A stretch of 64,000 bases of DNA, from assembly GCA_030704615.1 (NCBI GenBank), contig CM060731.1, positions 48,422,001-48,486,000 on the forward strand, given 5' to 3'. The translations under genes were made by a program, and so were the position numbers. Origin of the DNA: Takakia lepidozioides. Its lineage: Eukaryota > Plantae > Bryophyta. This document shows positions 1 to 13,097 of the stretch, in pieces. The number at the start of each line of letters is the position of its first letter. The first letter of the stretch is position 1. The notes below the pieces were generated by a model. The model worked only from the letters and a program-made list of their open reading frames with translations, was not told the origin of the DNA and did not search any database.

Positions 1-416
1 GACATCAATGAACAGGTAACGAGTAAAGCCTCCCTCAAAGAGAGACACAATATATTCTTCTGACGATAGATCCTGTATAGGAAATTACCATAGACAGAGA
101 ACCTACCAGGTGGGTCTTCAAGGGCAGATCCGGCGCCTCTCCTTGAGCTGCCATCATCACTGTCCGCCCGACACTTCACAACCCTCACTTCATCTCTTTC
201 TGCAAGGCACCAAAACCCATCTCTTTCTTCGAAAATACGTTCCGCAATTCGGCCGCAGCGTTTAACAACTCCCCAGTTGTCCGAAGAAGCTGCAGACAAT
301 TTCACACCATGCCTGCCCTTAGGTCTACCTGAGTGGAAAGGAGACACTGAAGGCGTGCTAGGCAGATGATTACAAATACAAGTGTGCGGCAACCAAAGGT
401 GCAATGCTCCTGCCAT
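1..416 (-). CDS. Probable 5' exon of an unidentified gene running off the left edge (possible organellar transit peptide)
   Basis: ATG at 416 follows a GA-rich leader, and the frame stays open to the window edge (MAGALHLWLPHTC...VVKCRADSDDG...EDPP). A candidate donor CCTG|GTAGG lies near 106. No recognisable domain. Confidence 0.35.
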   Translation of the reverse strand, partial: MAGALHLWLPHTCICNHLPSTPSVSPFHSGRPKGRHGVKLSAASSDNWGVVKRCGRIAERIFEERDGFWCLAERDEVRVVKCRADSDDGSSRRGAGSALEDPPGRFSVYGNFLYRIYRQKNILCLSLREALLVTCSLM

Positions 417-1061
417 CTCTGTGTTTGCGAACCACACACCCTCTCCCTCAATCTCCTCTTCCCCCTGCTCTCCTCACTCTACTGTCGATGCAGCAGCTAG
501 CCTACCTTAGCTTACACTACCAAATAGTTGGAGTCTAATTTGTGATAAAAGTGCTATTAAAGATGCCATACATATCTGCTTTTTATGTATGCAGGAATAT
601 GTTACAATATGTTGTCAATGAAGAATATTTTGTGACTGACTCTCGTCAGTAATTTGTAGTGTACAATTGTTTCCCTCATGTCACCGAGTATTTTCTCCCT
701 CTCATTGCATGGATCAGAGTAGTTGGCTATGAGAGCCGCATGGGGGAAGGGATTGTGATGCTCACTAAGGTCTGCATGTCTGCACTCCAAAGGAACCTAC
801 TCATGCTGTGGCAACCTGACTCTCACAAGTGGAACATGGCAAAGGAAAAGCCTTTCTAGTCTAAGCTAAATTAAAGGACAGGTTCAGTAGGTCTGAGATA
901 CTGAATGGCAGATACAAGCAAACAGGTGCTCAATGTTGTATAGATCAGTCTCTCTTCTTGCATATTTTTTTTTCCCCAACCAAAATGAAAACCAACCAAG
1001 CAGGGGTAGATGTAGGTGTCCATGTGAAGCAAAGCACTTCTTTTCATGTATTTTCTTTGTT

Positions 1062-1291
1062 TCACAAGTAAACCCCCAAGAACAGACCCCCTCTTGGAAA
1101 TGGTGAAAGGGGTTGGTATTATAACAATTGATCGCCCAACAGTCCTTGAGATGAATTTGGTGGCGGTGTAGCAGTCAGGTGCCCGAGGGGGCAAGCTGAT
1201 GTGCAAAGCAAATCGCCAGTTTCTCACTGTGTTAAGGTAGAAGTTTTTCCTTTTGCTCCTCCTCCAATGCAAATCGTCTACCCAGACACCT
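1062..1291 (-). pseudogene. Degenerate DYW deaminase domain belonging to the upstream PPR gene
   Basis: Out-of-frame remnants: HSEKLAI (~1212-1232), ISLPPRAP-DCYTATKFIS (IRVIKNLRVCG deleted, removing one Cys of CxxC) and NPFHHFQEGVCS...TGA. Confidence 0.85.
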
Positions 1292-4200
1292 TCATCCATC
1301 CAGTCTCAGCTTGGCATGGATTGAGGCATCCTGTGGATCCCAGCGAAGGAGACATTTTGCGACACGTTCTGCCACCCCCACGTTCCCATGCTTTCTGCAG
1401 GCACCAAGCAAGGCCCCCCACACCCCAACACCTGGGTCGATTGGCATTTTGTTGATGAAGTTCTCTGCCTCACACAATCGCCCTGCACGGCCAAGAAGGT
1501 CCACCATGCAGCCAAAATGCTCAACTGTAGGAGTGAGGCCATGATCTCGACTCATGGAATCAAAGTAGTGATAGCCTTCATCCACCAGGCCCAAATGGCT
1601 ACATGCAGAGAGAATATTTATGAAGGTGATACTATCTGGCTTCAAGCCTTCATGTTGCAATTGTTCGAATAGTTGGAGGACCTCCCTGCCACAACCATGT
1701 TGCCCATATCCTGCGATCATGGCACTCCAAGATACCACATCTCGTTTGACCATATTGTCAAACACTTGACCCGCATCCTTCATGCTCCCGCATTTTACAT
1801 ACATATTAACAAGAGCATTCTCCAAATTTGCGTGTGGAGCTATTCCAGCCTTGATGATGTCAGCATGCACCTCTCTGCCCTTTTCAAGGATAGCCAAGCT
1901 GGAACACGCGTTGAGAACGCCAATGAATGTGACCTTATCAGGTGTCAACCCTTCCTGTATCATTTGCTCATAGATCACAAAAGCCTCCCTGCTACACCCA
2001 TGCTGTGCATATCCTGCGATCATTGTGCTCCATGTGAAAACATTTCGTCGTGTCATACTGTCAAACACTTGCCGTGCATCCTTTGTGCTCCCGCATTTGG
2101 CATACATGTGGACAAGAGTAGTTTCTAAATCAATATATGATGCAATTCCAGCCTTCATGACATCAGCATGGACCTCTTTGCCCTTTTCCAGGGCTCCAAG
2201 GTGGGCACACATGTTGAGCACACACATGAATGTGACCTTGTCAGGTATCAAACCTTCCTTTCTCATTTGCTCGTACATCTCAAAAGCCTCCCTACCACAC
2301 CCATGTTGAGCATATCCTGCAATCATAATATTCCATGAGACAACATCTTGTTCAGCCATATTGTCAAACACTTGACGTGCATCCTCTAGGCTCCCACATT
2401 TAGCATACATGTCAACAAGGGTATTCTCCATAGAAACATCTGGCTCAATTCCAGCTTTCATGATGTCAGCATGGACCTTTTTGCCCTTTTCCAGAGCTCC
2501 TAGCCTGGCACACACATTGAGAACACACATGAATGTGACTCTGTTGGGCATCACCCCTGCCTGCATCATTTGCTCAAAAGTTTCAAAAGCCTCCAAAACA
2601 CACGCATGCTGAGCATATCCTCCTATCATTACATTCCATGAGACCAAATCTCGTTGAGCCATGCTGTCAAACACTTGACATGCATCCTTTAAGCTCCCGC
2701 ATTTGACATACATGTCCACAAGGGTGGTCTGCAGAATGATATCTGGCATAATTTCAGCTTGGACAATATCAGCATGGACCTGGTTGCCCTTTCCAAGGGC
2801 TCCTAGGCTGGCACAGGCATTGAGAACACAAAGGAATGTGATCTTGTCGGGTGTCACCCTTTCCGACATCATTAGCTCATACAGCTCAAAAGCGAGCCTG
2901 TAACAGCTGTGCTGAGCATATCCAGTGATCATCGCATTCCATGATACCACATCTTGTTCAGTCATACTGTCGAATACTTGCCTTGCATCCTCTATGCTCC
3001 CACATTTTGCATACATGTCAACCAGGGTATTCCCCAGTCTGATATCTGGCTCAATTCCAGCTGCCACGATGTGAGAATGGACATCTTCACCCAGTTTCAG
3101 GGCTCCTAGGCTGGCACATGCATTGAGAACATAAATGAAGGTGATCTTGTTGGGCATCACCCCTTCACATATCATTTGCTCATACAGCTTGAAAGCTTGC
3201 ATAGCACACCCATGCTGAGAGTATCCTGCAATCATTGTACTCCATGAAACCACATTTCGTTCAGCCATATCGTTAAAGACTTCACAAGCATCCTTAATGC
3301 TCCCACATTTGGCGTACATGTGGACAAGGGTATTCTCTAAATTGATGTCTGGGGCAATTCCAAATTTCCTGATGTCAGCATGGGCCTGTTTGCCCTTTTC
3401 CAGAAATCCTAGGCTGGCACATACATGGAGAAGACAAGTATATGTGACACTGTTAGGTGTCACCTCTTCCCGAATCATTTGCTCATACATCTCGAAAGCT
3501 TCCCTACCACATCCTGCCATTATGGCGTTCCATGAGACTACATTTTGTTTAGCCATATTGTCAAACACATGACGTGCATCTGGCATGCTCCCACACTTGG
3601 CATACATGTCAATTAAAGTATTCTCCAGCATGATATCTGGTACAATTCCAGATTTAATGATGTCGGCATGCACTTCTTTACCCTTTTCCAGGGCTCCTAG
3701 GCTGGCACACGCATTAAGAACACAAATAAATGTGACCTTGTTGGGCATCACCTGTTCCCGTAGCATCTGCCCATAGATCTCGACAGCCTCCCTACAGCAC
3801 CCCTGCTGAACATATCCTGTGATCATCGCATTCCAAGAGACGATATCTCGTTGTGCCATATTGTCGAACACTCGACGTGCATCTTTCACACTCCCACATT
3901 TGGCATACATGTCAGCAAGAGCAGTCTCCAGGATCATATCTGTCGCAATTCCAGCTTTTAGAATATCAGCATGGACCTCTTTGCCCTTCTGCAGGGTACC
4001 TAGGCTGGCACATGCTTTGAGAAGGCAAATGAAGGTGACATTGTTGGGTGTCACCCCTTCCTGTCTCATTTGCTGATAAATCTCAAAAGCCTCCCTCCCA
4101 CGTCCATGCTTTGTATATCCTGACATCATTATTGTGCATGTAAAGACATCTCGTTTAGGCATATTGTCAAACACTTGGCGTGCATCCACCACGCTCCCAC

Positions 4201-4537
4201 ACTTGGCATACATGTTCACAAGGGTGTTGAGTACCAAGAAGTTTGGATTGAATCCAGTTTGTATAATGTGGGCATGCACCTGCTTTCCTATTTCTAGGTC
4301 TTTACTTTTGATGCACTGCCTCAAGAGAGAGATGTAAGTACTGGAGTCTGCTAAAATGTCTCGATGGTCCAAAATGTGCAGCACCTCTTTAGATCGTTGT
4401 GCCTTACATAGTGTGCTTACATCCTCACAAGTGCCAGAAGAGTTCTTGTTGACTCCTTCTCCTGCTCCACTTTTAGAAACAGTGGCCATGCTGGAAGTGC
4501 CTGGTATAAACAATGATGCTTGATTCAGCCCTGCCAT
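1292..4537 (-). CDS. PLS-class pentatricopeptide repeat protein with E domain; C-terminal DYW domain disrupted
   Basis: 1081-aa ORF with nine ~101-aa P-L-S triplets (MY[AV]KCGS repeated 9 times), then P2-L2-S2 and the E motif HFGCMVDLLGRAG...VWGALLGAC. The frame ends inside E2. A phase-1 acceptor (cag|GGCTGAATC, ~4530) matches the paralogue, so the true start may be in an upstream exon. Confidence 0.93.
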   Translation of the reverse strand: MAGLNQASLFIPGTSSMATVSKSGAGEGVNKNSSGTCEDVSTLCKAQRSKEVLHILDHRDILADSSTYISLLRQCIKSKDLEIGKQVHAHIIQTGFNPNFLVLNTLVNMYAKCGSVVDARQVFDNMPKRDVFTCTIMMSGYTKHGRGREAFEIYQQMRQEGVTPNNVTFICLLKACASLGTLQKGKEVHADILKAGIATDMILETALADMYAKCGSVKDARRVFDNMAQRDIVSWNAMITGYVQQGCCREAVEIYGQMLREQVMPNKVTFICVLNACASLGALEKGKEVHADIIKSGIVPDIMLENTLIDMYAKCGSMPDARHVFDNMAKQNVVSWNAIMAGCGREAFEMYEQMIREEVTPNSVTYTCLLHVCASLGFLEKGKQAHADIRKFGIAPDINLENTLVHMYAKCGSIKDACEVFNDMAERNVVSWSTMIAGYSQHGCAMQAFKLYEQMICEGVMPNKITFIYVLNACASLGALKLGEDVHSHIVAAGIEPDIRLGNTLVDMYAKCGSIEDARQVFDSMTEQDVVSWNAMITGYAQHSCYRLAFELYELMMSERVTPDKITFLCVLNACASLGALGKGNQVHADIVQAEIMPDIILQTTLVDMYVKCGSLKDACQVFDSMAQRDLVSWNVMIGGYAQHACVLEAFETFEQMMQAGVMPNRVTFMCVLNVCARLGALEKGKKVHADIMKAGIEPDVSMENTLVDMYAKCGSLEDARQVFDNMAEQDVVSWNIMIAGYAQHGCGREAFEMYEQMRKEGLIPDKVTFMCVLNMCAHLGALEKGKEVHADVMKAGIASYIDLETTLVHMYAKCGSTKDARQVFDSMTRRNVFTWSTMIAGYAQHGCSREAFVIYEQMIQEGLTPDKVTFIGVLNACSSLAILEKGREVHADIIKAGIAPHANLENALVNMYVKCGSMKDAGQVFDNMVKRDVVSWSAMIAGYGQHGCGREVLQLFEQLQHEGLKPDSITFINILSACSHLGLVDEGYHYFDSMSRDHGLTPTVEHFGCMVDLLGRAGRLCEAENFINKMPIDPGVGVWGALLGACRKHGNVGVAERVAKCLLRWDPQDASIHAKLRLDG

Positions 4538-6078
4538 TCCACATGACTCAAACCCTCAGTTACAAATCTATCCAGTCGAATTAACACAATATATAAGCAC
4601 TCCACGATACTCCAAAGAAAGATTTCTCCATTGGGACGCGCCTGTTGGTTGACATAAACTGGGTTACAAACTGCTGCAGTCATCCACTTCAGAATAATCA
4701 GTACTAATCAGTACCAATAATACAAGTTTGAGTTGGGACCCTTGATTCATCATCTAAACAATACCAGCTGGATTGTCTGCCAGGAGATTCATGGTGTGCA
4801 TCAATATTTCAGCCAGCACCAGATTGTGCTAGAACTTGTATGGTGGCAGCTAGCTCTGGCTCCACCCAAGGAGGGTTTGCCCAACCCTCAATCCAAAGGA
4901 CCTCGTTTGAGCGTCTAGGTCTCAAGTCCGGTGATCTGAGACATTCCTGTGCATACCACCAGTGGTCAGGTGAATCAAAGCCTTGCTTCGACCAGTTTAA
5001 CCACCAAGATCCAAGCATCTTCCCGGCAGCTTTCCAAATAACGACTCACAGGAAGAGTAGGAACGCTCCTACTATTTCGACTACAAAGAGCATTTAATTT
5101 AAGTAACCAGAGAGCCACAAAACCTCATCCTGCCATCTTGAGGCTAGCGCCCTGCTTGACAAACGCTTTCAAGTTCAAAATGAAGATTCCCTTACCTTAT
5201 CAAACCTTCTGTCCCACCACTGTGAAGGATCGGAATGGAACTCCTGCCAGAGTCGTTCTTTGCTCATTGCTTGACCTGCGTGCAAAAACCACATCATATG
5301 ACAATCTTCGGATTGCATTGGCCCTCTAGAGAAGGGCGCTGGTGCTTATACAAAAAAATTCTGAACTCTTAATTGATCAATCTCCCTCTCCGCCTGTCTA
5401 TCTCTTGATGTGGTGTGTTGGCTCCTTGCGCCAGAGACTCTCCGGGCTTCTGATGCACATTGTACACACACTCTCTCTCTCCCTCTCTCACTCCGTCACC
5501 TTTCTAAAAACCGGAGTACCGGCAGTGCATTCACAGCCACAAGTGACGAATTGGGGGCAATAGAAGCAGTAGTTACTCGCATCAAATCAGTGTTGTCCAG
5601 CATAATGCCTATACCTGCCCCCACATCAACACTCAATTCCCTACAACAGCAATATCATTGACTTCGCCAGAGCCATGTGGCGTTTGCGGTCCGATTTCCC
5701 ACACCCTAATGGGCTAGAACCCCCAGAGTATGAAGTACGCAAATATTTACGCCCCCATACCTGTCTTCACTATCCGTGGATTGTGGTAATCCGTTGCAGC
5801 GATCCCTTGCAAGGTCCTGGGCTCCAGCATGTTGGATCCACACTGGATTTCACAACTTCGATTTGTCATCTCACCCCTGTAAAAGACGGTGATGAAAAGC
5901 CCATAAAAGATAGGATGGATTATTGGCGGGGAAAGTTCTATGTTCTCTGTTCTCTGTTCTTTGGCGCCTTGGAGTTGGGTTCATGCGTGTTTAAGCGTCA
6001 CGCTCTGCCTTATTAGTGCTTGGAAGTGTGGAGTTGTATTCTTCTTCTTCGTCCTCCTCCCTCTCGCGGAGTAGCGGC

Positions 6079-9000
6079 ATGGCAGAGAGCCTGGGCGCTC
6101 TCCTGAGCGTGCAGGGTGAGGCCAAACCTGATAAGGCCCTGTCTTCTCCCTGCGCTGAACGGGTGGGAGGCAACACCCCATGCAGCAGATTCACAGGCCC
6201 GTCTGTGGAGCTGGGGTGGGCGTCCACCTGTGCGATGCCAGGCCTGGGACCCTTGCAAATCATGGCTGTGACGTCTCTCCAGCAGCCTCCAGGGATACTG
6301 AACAAAGGTACACACCTGCATTCTTTTGGGTCTCCAAGGTGTGTGCACGAAAAGCAATCCAGGCTGCAATTTGTCTTACGCCCATGCTTGCAGAAACAGT
6401 TTGGTCTAAGAAGACAGCATGATGACTGTCTGTGCCGAGATCTTTCTTTGAAGTATCAAGGAGCTTTGAGATATATTATAGTGTGATGTAGTATAGTGTA
6501 CAGGTTTGGGATAAGAGTGTTCAGTTATGCAGGATTGCAGGGTTGAATCAGACACAGATGTGTGTTGGACATGAGACTGGGAGCAGGGGTAGCACGTATA
6601 CCATTGCAACTACTTTCGACAGCGGGCCAGGAGAGGTAGCCAACAAGAACTCTTTCGGTACTTGTTGGGATGTGAGAACACTATGTAAGGCAGGACGACT
6701 GAAAGAGGCTCTGCACATTTTGAACCAAGGAGGCATTCGCGCGGACGCCAGTACTTATATCTGTCTCTTACAGGAGTGCATCAACAAGAAGGGTCTAGCA
6801 GAGGGGAAACAGGTGCACGCTCACATCATTCACAGTGGATTTAAGCCGGAAGTCTTTCTACTCAACACCCTTGTCAACATGTATGCTAAGTGCAAGAGCA
6901 TGGTGGATGCACGCCAAATGTTTGATGCCATGCCTGAAAGAGATACATTTACGTGGACAATAATGATAGCAGGATATACCAAGCACGGGAGTAGTAGAGA
7001 GGCTTTAAAGATCTACGAACGCCTGCAACGGGAAGGGGTGACGCCTAGCAGGGTAACATTCCTTTGCATTCTCAATGCGTGTGCCCACCTAGGAGCCCTG
7101 GAAAAGGGGAAGGAGGTCCATGCTGAAATCATTAAAGCTGGAATGGAGTCACATGTGACCCTACAGAATGCCCTTGTTGACATGTATGCAAAATGTGGGA
7201 GCATAAAAGGTGCGTGTCAAGTGTTTGAAAATATGGCTCAACGAGATGTGGTCTCATGGAGCGCGATGATCGCAGGGTATGCTCATAATGGGTGTGGTAA
7301 GGAGGCTTTGGATATCTACGAGGAAATGCAACGGGAAGGGGTGACCCCCAACAGGGTTACTTTCATTTGCGTTCTCAATGGGTGTGCCAGTCTGGGAGCC
7401 CTGGACAGAGGGAAACAGGTCCATGCTGACATCATCAAAGCTGGAATTGTATCATATGTAAATTTAGAGAATACGCTTGTCGACATGTATGCCAAATGTG
7501 GGAGCCCGAAGGATGCGCGTGAAGTGTTTGACAACATGCTTAAGCGAGATGTGGTCTCATGGAGTGCGATGATTACAGGATATGCCCAGCATGGGTGTGG
7601 GAGGGAGGCTTTCGAGGTTTATGAGCAAATGCAACTGAAAGGGGTGACACCTGACAGGGTCACGTTCACTTGCCTTCTTAATGCCTGTGCCAGCCTAGGA
7701 TCGCTTGAAAAGGGCAAAGAGCTCCATACTGACATCATCAAAGCTAGAATTGCCCCAGATATTGTTCTTGAGACTGCCCTGGCTGATATGTATGCAAAAT
7801 GTGGGAGCATGAAGGATGCATGCCAGGTGTTCGACAACATGGCACAACATAATGTGGTTTCATGGAGTGCAATGATAGCAGCATATGCTCAGCATGGGTG
7901 TGGAAAGGAGGCTTTTGGAATCTATGAGCAAATGCAATGTCGAGGCGTGACACCAGACAGGGTAACATTCATTTGCATTCTTAATGCCTGTGCCAGTCTA
8001 GGAGCTCTGGAAAAAGGGAAAGACGTCCATTCTGACATCATCAAGTCTGGAGTTGCATCATACATTAACTTGGACAATAGCCTTGTTAACATGTATGCCA
8101 AATGCGGGAGCATGGAGGATGCGGATGAAGTATTCAACAGTATGGCTAAACGAGATCTTGTCTCATGGAATGCCATGATCGCAGGATGTGCTCAAAATGG
8201 CTATGCTAGGGAGGCCCTGCAACTATTTGAACAAATGCAACACGAAGGCTTGAAACCTAACAGTATCACTTTTACATCTCTTCTCTCTGCATGTAGCCAT
8301 GTGGGTTTTGTAGATGAAGGCTGTCATCATTTTGATTCCATGAGTGAGGATCATGGTCTCACTCCTACAATGGAGCATTTTGGCTGCATGGTGGACCTTC
8401 TTGGCCGTGCAGGGCGACTGGATGAGGCAGAGGAGTTCATTAACAAAATGCCAATCGAACCAGATGCTTCAGTGTGGGGGGCCTTGCTTGGTGCCTGTAG
8501 CCTTCATGGTGAGGTCAAGCTAGCTGAACTTGCGGCAAACTCCCTTGTTAAGTGCGACCCACAGGACCCTGCAGCTTACGTATTGCTATCAAACATCTAT
8601 GCTGCGTCTGGCAGGTGGGACGACAAAGCAAAGGTAAGGAAATTGATGGAAGACAGAGGTGTCAGAAAGGAGGCAGGGTGCAGCTCCATTGAGATAGACA
8701 ACCAGGTGCATACATTTTTTGTAGAAGACAAATTGCATCCACGTATTGAGGAAATCCATGCTGAGCTTAGGCGATTGTTTAAGCATATCAAGGAGGCTGG
8801 GTATGTGCCTGACACTCGCTTTGTATTACATGATTTGGAGGACGAGCAAAAGGAACTTTCTCTTTGCTACCACAGTGAGAGGTTGGCCATTGCTTTTGGG
8901 CTTATCAGCACACCCCCCAGGGCCCCTATACGTGTGATAAAGAACCTTAGGGTGTGTGGTGACTGCCATACTGCCACCAAGTTCATCTCAAAGATTGTTG

Positions 9001-9080
9001 GTAGAGAAATTGTTGTGCGCGATGCCAACCGCTTTCACCACTTTGATAATGGGGTATGTTCTTGTGGGGATTATTGGTGA
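6079..9080 (+). CDS. PLS-E-DYW PPR protein, organellar C-to-U RNA editing factor; model exons 6079-6307 and 6541-9080
   Basis: Five PLS triplets, E domain, PG-box variant AGCSSIE, intact HSERLA and CGDC zinc ligands, terminal CSCGDYW*. Donor AAAG|GTAC (6307) and acceptor TGCAG|GG (6540) are both phase 1 and join in frame. Confidence 0.93.
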
Positions 9081-10541
9081 GACAAACAACATTCATGGAA
9101 GAAGTCATTGCACATGTACTATTTTCTATCAGCATAAGGTGAAATGAATGGATTCTTTACACACAGCTTCTTTGAGCTTGAACATCAGCATATAGGCATG
9201 TTCCTAGCAGGTCTTCATTATCCTGGCACAGTAGTTGGTTGTCGGTTCCGGATGATCACCAGTTTTTATTTGTCATATAAGCTTCCATCATGCCACCATT
9301 GCGAAGGTAGATCATGTGAAAATTCACAAGGTTTGAAACAATTTAGTTTTGCAGCTGGTTTTGCAGCTACCAGAGAGACATTTGCAGGCAGGGAAAAGAT
9401 CCAACATTGGAAGTATGCAGTTGGAGTGTATGTAGAGGGACACAGGAAATTAGTCAAATCCCCCACTTGAAACAATAAGCAACGAGAATGCGGAGGCAAC
9501 TATCTACATTGTTGAGGTAGTTGTCTGATATCCAGTTCAAAAGGAGAGTTTTTAGTTATAGGGTACTCGTATACAGAACATCACCAACAGAGCAAGGCTG
9601 GGTACAAAACCCACAAACTCTAGGCACAAACAGCCAGAATAAAAGCTTCAACTAGATACATACTGATTCATCAGGGAGAGTTGGATTGTGGTAAAAGTAG
9701 GTACCACATGGGGATAAGAGGAAAGCGTCAATCCCACTTGCCCAATGTTTCATAAGAACAATCAATCACATACACTATCCCAGGTAAATATTCATGATAC
9801 AAAATCTTGTGAAATGCATGTACAGAGTAGAAGAAGGAAGACTCTTGCCGAAGAACTTATGGTGTCACCTTCACCCCGAAGGGCTAGTGCCTCCTGCTTG
9901 GACTATGGTCTAATGGCCATAACCAGGGCAATGCAGTTGCCCAACCCTCCCTCAAGGACTCGAAACCCCCCAGGTACCCACACATTAAGTAACTAGTTGA
10001 CCCAGGTACACCCCTTGTACACAGACTACTATTGGCATGTTTTTCTCACCCATCTGAGGCCGACATGTTGAAAAGAAGACAAGTGAAGGGAATGTTTCTT
10101 CAATTCGTGCAACTTGAAGCCAACTCTGCTCATACATTCGATTCCAGACCATCTGTATCAATCAATCACCAGCTGTCTCTGATACCAATAACAGTATGAA
10201 ATAAGTTCACGAGTTTCTAACATATTTCTAGTGCATCTGATGGAGCAAACCTGACAAACAAACACACAAGCAGCAGGCTACCCATCTTTGCCTAAAATTT
10301 TGCGAAGAGATCTGAGTTTTATTGATGTGAACATACAAAACCAATTTTCTTTTCACTGGAGACTTCACAAAATTTTGTGAGATAGCCCTGGTCGAAGAAG
10401 GGGATGAAAGTGTCCCCAAATGCAAAGTCAAAATCCTAGACTGCACAAACACAACAAACAGGAAAGCACCTTTTGTTGATCCATCCAAGTCACCAGGACA
10501 AGGCTGGGCCCAGCATGGTTGCCCATCATCAAATGACAGCT

Positions 10542-13097
10542 TCATGGCTTCACTTGTTCACGAATGAATAGTTCCACCTCCTCCACCTTGCCAGTCATGG
10601 CAGAGGCCTCTGTGATGGTTACTTGGTTGGTACATTGTGAGAACTTAAACAACTCCCCTTCTACCCCTAGGACAATTTCACTGGTAACATCCGCGGCTGA
10701 AGTAGCTGATCTTGTCGCCCGCAGCTTCTCACTGTTACAAAGAAAACACCAAACATCAAAGCCTTAACCAAATTCCACACCTTCTACCTGAGGTCACATT
10801 ATTTGCTCTTACACTGAACAAGACAAGTTTCTGAGCAAGAGTCTCATCTAAGAACCGGGGAGCAACTCTTCCCGGTATCTGCTGGAGAGACTTGCATAAA
10901 AAATCAATGCCTCCAGTGGGTTGTTGTCCTGTAGATGATTGCTGGAAATTTCTTAGAGGATGTCAAGGGGTTGCTTGCGTGATGTTTTGGTGATTGAGAT
11001 TCAAATAAATCACAATGATGAGTAGAACACAGGAGGTGGCACGTCTGGGCATTTTTTTATACTAAACTGCGGTTCTGAACAAGAAAACAATTCCTTCTGT
11101 ACAACTCACGACATGAATAAATACCTCCTCTCCGTTGCAACTGTTGTTCATTTAACTCCAGTAAAGCCCCTGTTGCAAGCAAGGCTTGCATAGAGAGCAG
11201 AAAGTGAAATCAAAACAAAAAGTAAGGCACCTACATTTCTTTTTCTAGTTGCTTGCGAATGAACTCCATGGAATGAGCAGTGACTTTGTCCATTTTGTTA
11301 CAAACAAGTAGCACCGGGATCTTCTTCCTCACCACCACTGCCTTTGTCAGCACCTCATACAAGTACCTTCATGCATCCCACCTATTTCTTATTAGAAATA
11401 CCACCCATTTCTTCTTGAAAGACAAATGCATACTGATGCTTTCATCAATAGTGCCTTGAATATAGATCCTTACTTCAAGCTTCAGGTAAGAGAGAGGAAG
11501 TGTGTACTCAGCAGCAGGTCGAAGGTTGGGCATGAAATCAAGAGCATCCACTACAAACACAAGGCCACGTGCTTGTGGCAGGAAATCGTCCAGCTTGGGC
11601 CTTAGTCTGGCATGGCCTGGTACATCCACAAGGTGGACTGGCTTTATCTTTCCCTTCTGCACCCACAAACCCAGTCATGGTGCATATAAGCAACCATATC
11701 ATGCTCTACACTCATTTAAAGTTACCAATGTGGAAGGAATCAACTTAATGTCCATTCTGCTTCTCAGATACCATGGTTGCATTTCACTGTTGTGCTAGCA
11801 TCTATTCACAGGGTCCTACTGGAATGTGTAAGGCCTAGTAGACAACCATTTGAAAGAACCCCAAGAGTTATCATGCGCCCACATGCAGATCTATAATAAA
11901 ATAAGCTGGTGATGAAAGCATATAGCAGAAATTGATGATGGATTGAATGACAAAAGACGGGTACCTTGGTTGACTCTGAGTGAAGAATGAAGCGCCCTTC
12001 ATTAGGTTCCATGGATGTCACTGTTCCTTGATGGGTTGTACCATCGCGTAGCTGGAGTCATTCCAATCCAACTTCTCAGGCTACATCAATGGTAATGCAT
12101 GCTTTTGAATTTAAGATAGAGGATCTTCACAGAACCGTACATGTGATGGATAAAGGCATGTCAGCCATAGTTTTACTGCATCAGATCAGACATTCTACTG
12201 ACTTAAAGCAATCAATGCCCCACAACTTAGGGCCCAAATGATAAGCGAAATTAAAAATTTGGCATACCCGATAAAAGAGCGCAGTTTTCCCAGCTCCACT
12301 CAACCCCACAAGTAAAATGGTAATTGTCTTCTTCCGGTTGAATGCAACCCGGATGACTGCAAATTCATACCACAGCCACATGAGATCCAACCACAGTTCA
12401 GCCTTTCAAACAGCTGGAGCCTCAACAGCTTGTATAGGTCATACTCACGAAGAAAACCTAGAGAACATGAAAGGGTGATCTAATTCGCGGTTCGTTGCAG
12501 ATGCTATGGCATTTGTCATGGATGATACCAACCCTCAAGTGTGCTATGGAGACAGGTTAAGAAAGCTGAGCAGAGACTGCAAAGAGATAATTTCACTCCT
12601 GGAAATTTGAGCTCAATGCCATCCCATTTCAGAAACTTCAAGCATCCCATAGAAAAATCCTGAGGTCACAAAAATTGATGTATACTACCCGTCCTTGAAC
12701 AAAGTGTTCTGTGAATTATGCCAAAAACTGGCAAAAAAACCCTAAACTCAAATAACTCAGATGAGAACTGTCTCCCAGCAGAATAAGGTAAAACTTCGAC
12801 AAGTACGAAACAAGTAGAACACATCTTTGAATATTACAGCATGAATGAATGCTGGTGACAGACCCTAATAACTTAATCAAGATATCTGGTCGTCGAGAAA
12901 GCTGCGCGAGAGAGTTGCGCAGAGATGCAAACACAAAGAAGGAAGACAATGAGGCAAGAGAGTTGACCTAGATATAAAACCAGCAAGGTCACAAAAAGCA
13001 CGGCCACAGTTGAGAACAGCGCCACCTCCTCCCGCTTCAGTTGCCGCCATGACTGCCATTCAGGCTGCAACCGAGACGCTTGCTCCTCCTCCCCCAT
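10542..13097 (-). CDS. SRPRB: Signal recognition particle receptor beta subunit; 6 exons (13097-12968, 12356-12268, 12051-11965, 11656-11508, 11366-11235, 10731-10542)
   Basis: N-terminal TM helix, P-loop GLSGAGKT, TVTSMEPN, G3 DVPGH, FVVD and G4 NKMD. All GT-AG junctions join in frame. Confidence 0.92.

Noticed and set aside
1311-8937. Many short repetitive ORFs (MLPHLAYM...) opposite the PPR genes
   Set aside because: Antisense shadows of the PPR repeats.
8660-9080. Possible DYW:KP (U-to-C) editing domain, given the altered PG box
   Set aside because: HSE, CxxC and the terminal DYW are canonical. AGCSSIE is a modest PG-box variant, not a KP signature.
10177-10187. PBS-like CTCTGATACCA
   Set aside because: No adjacent LTR pair or PPT was recognised.
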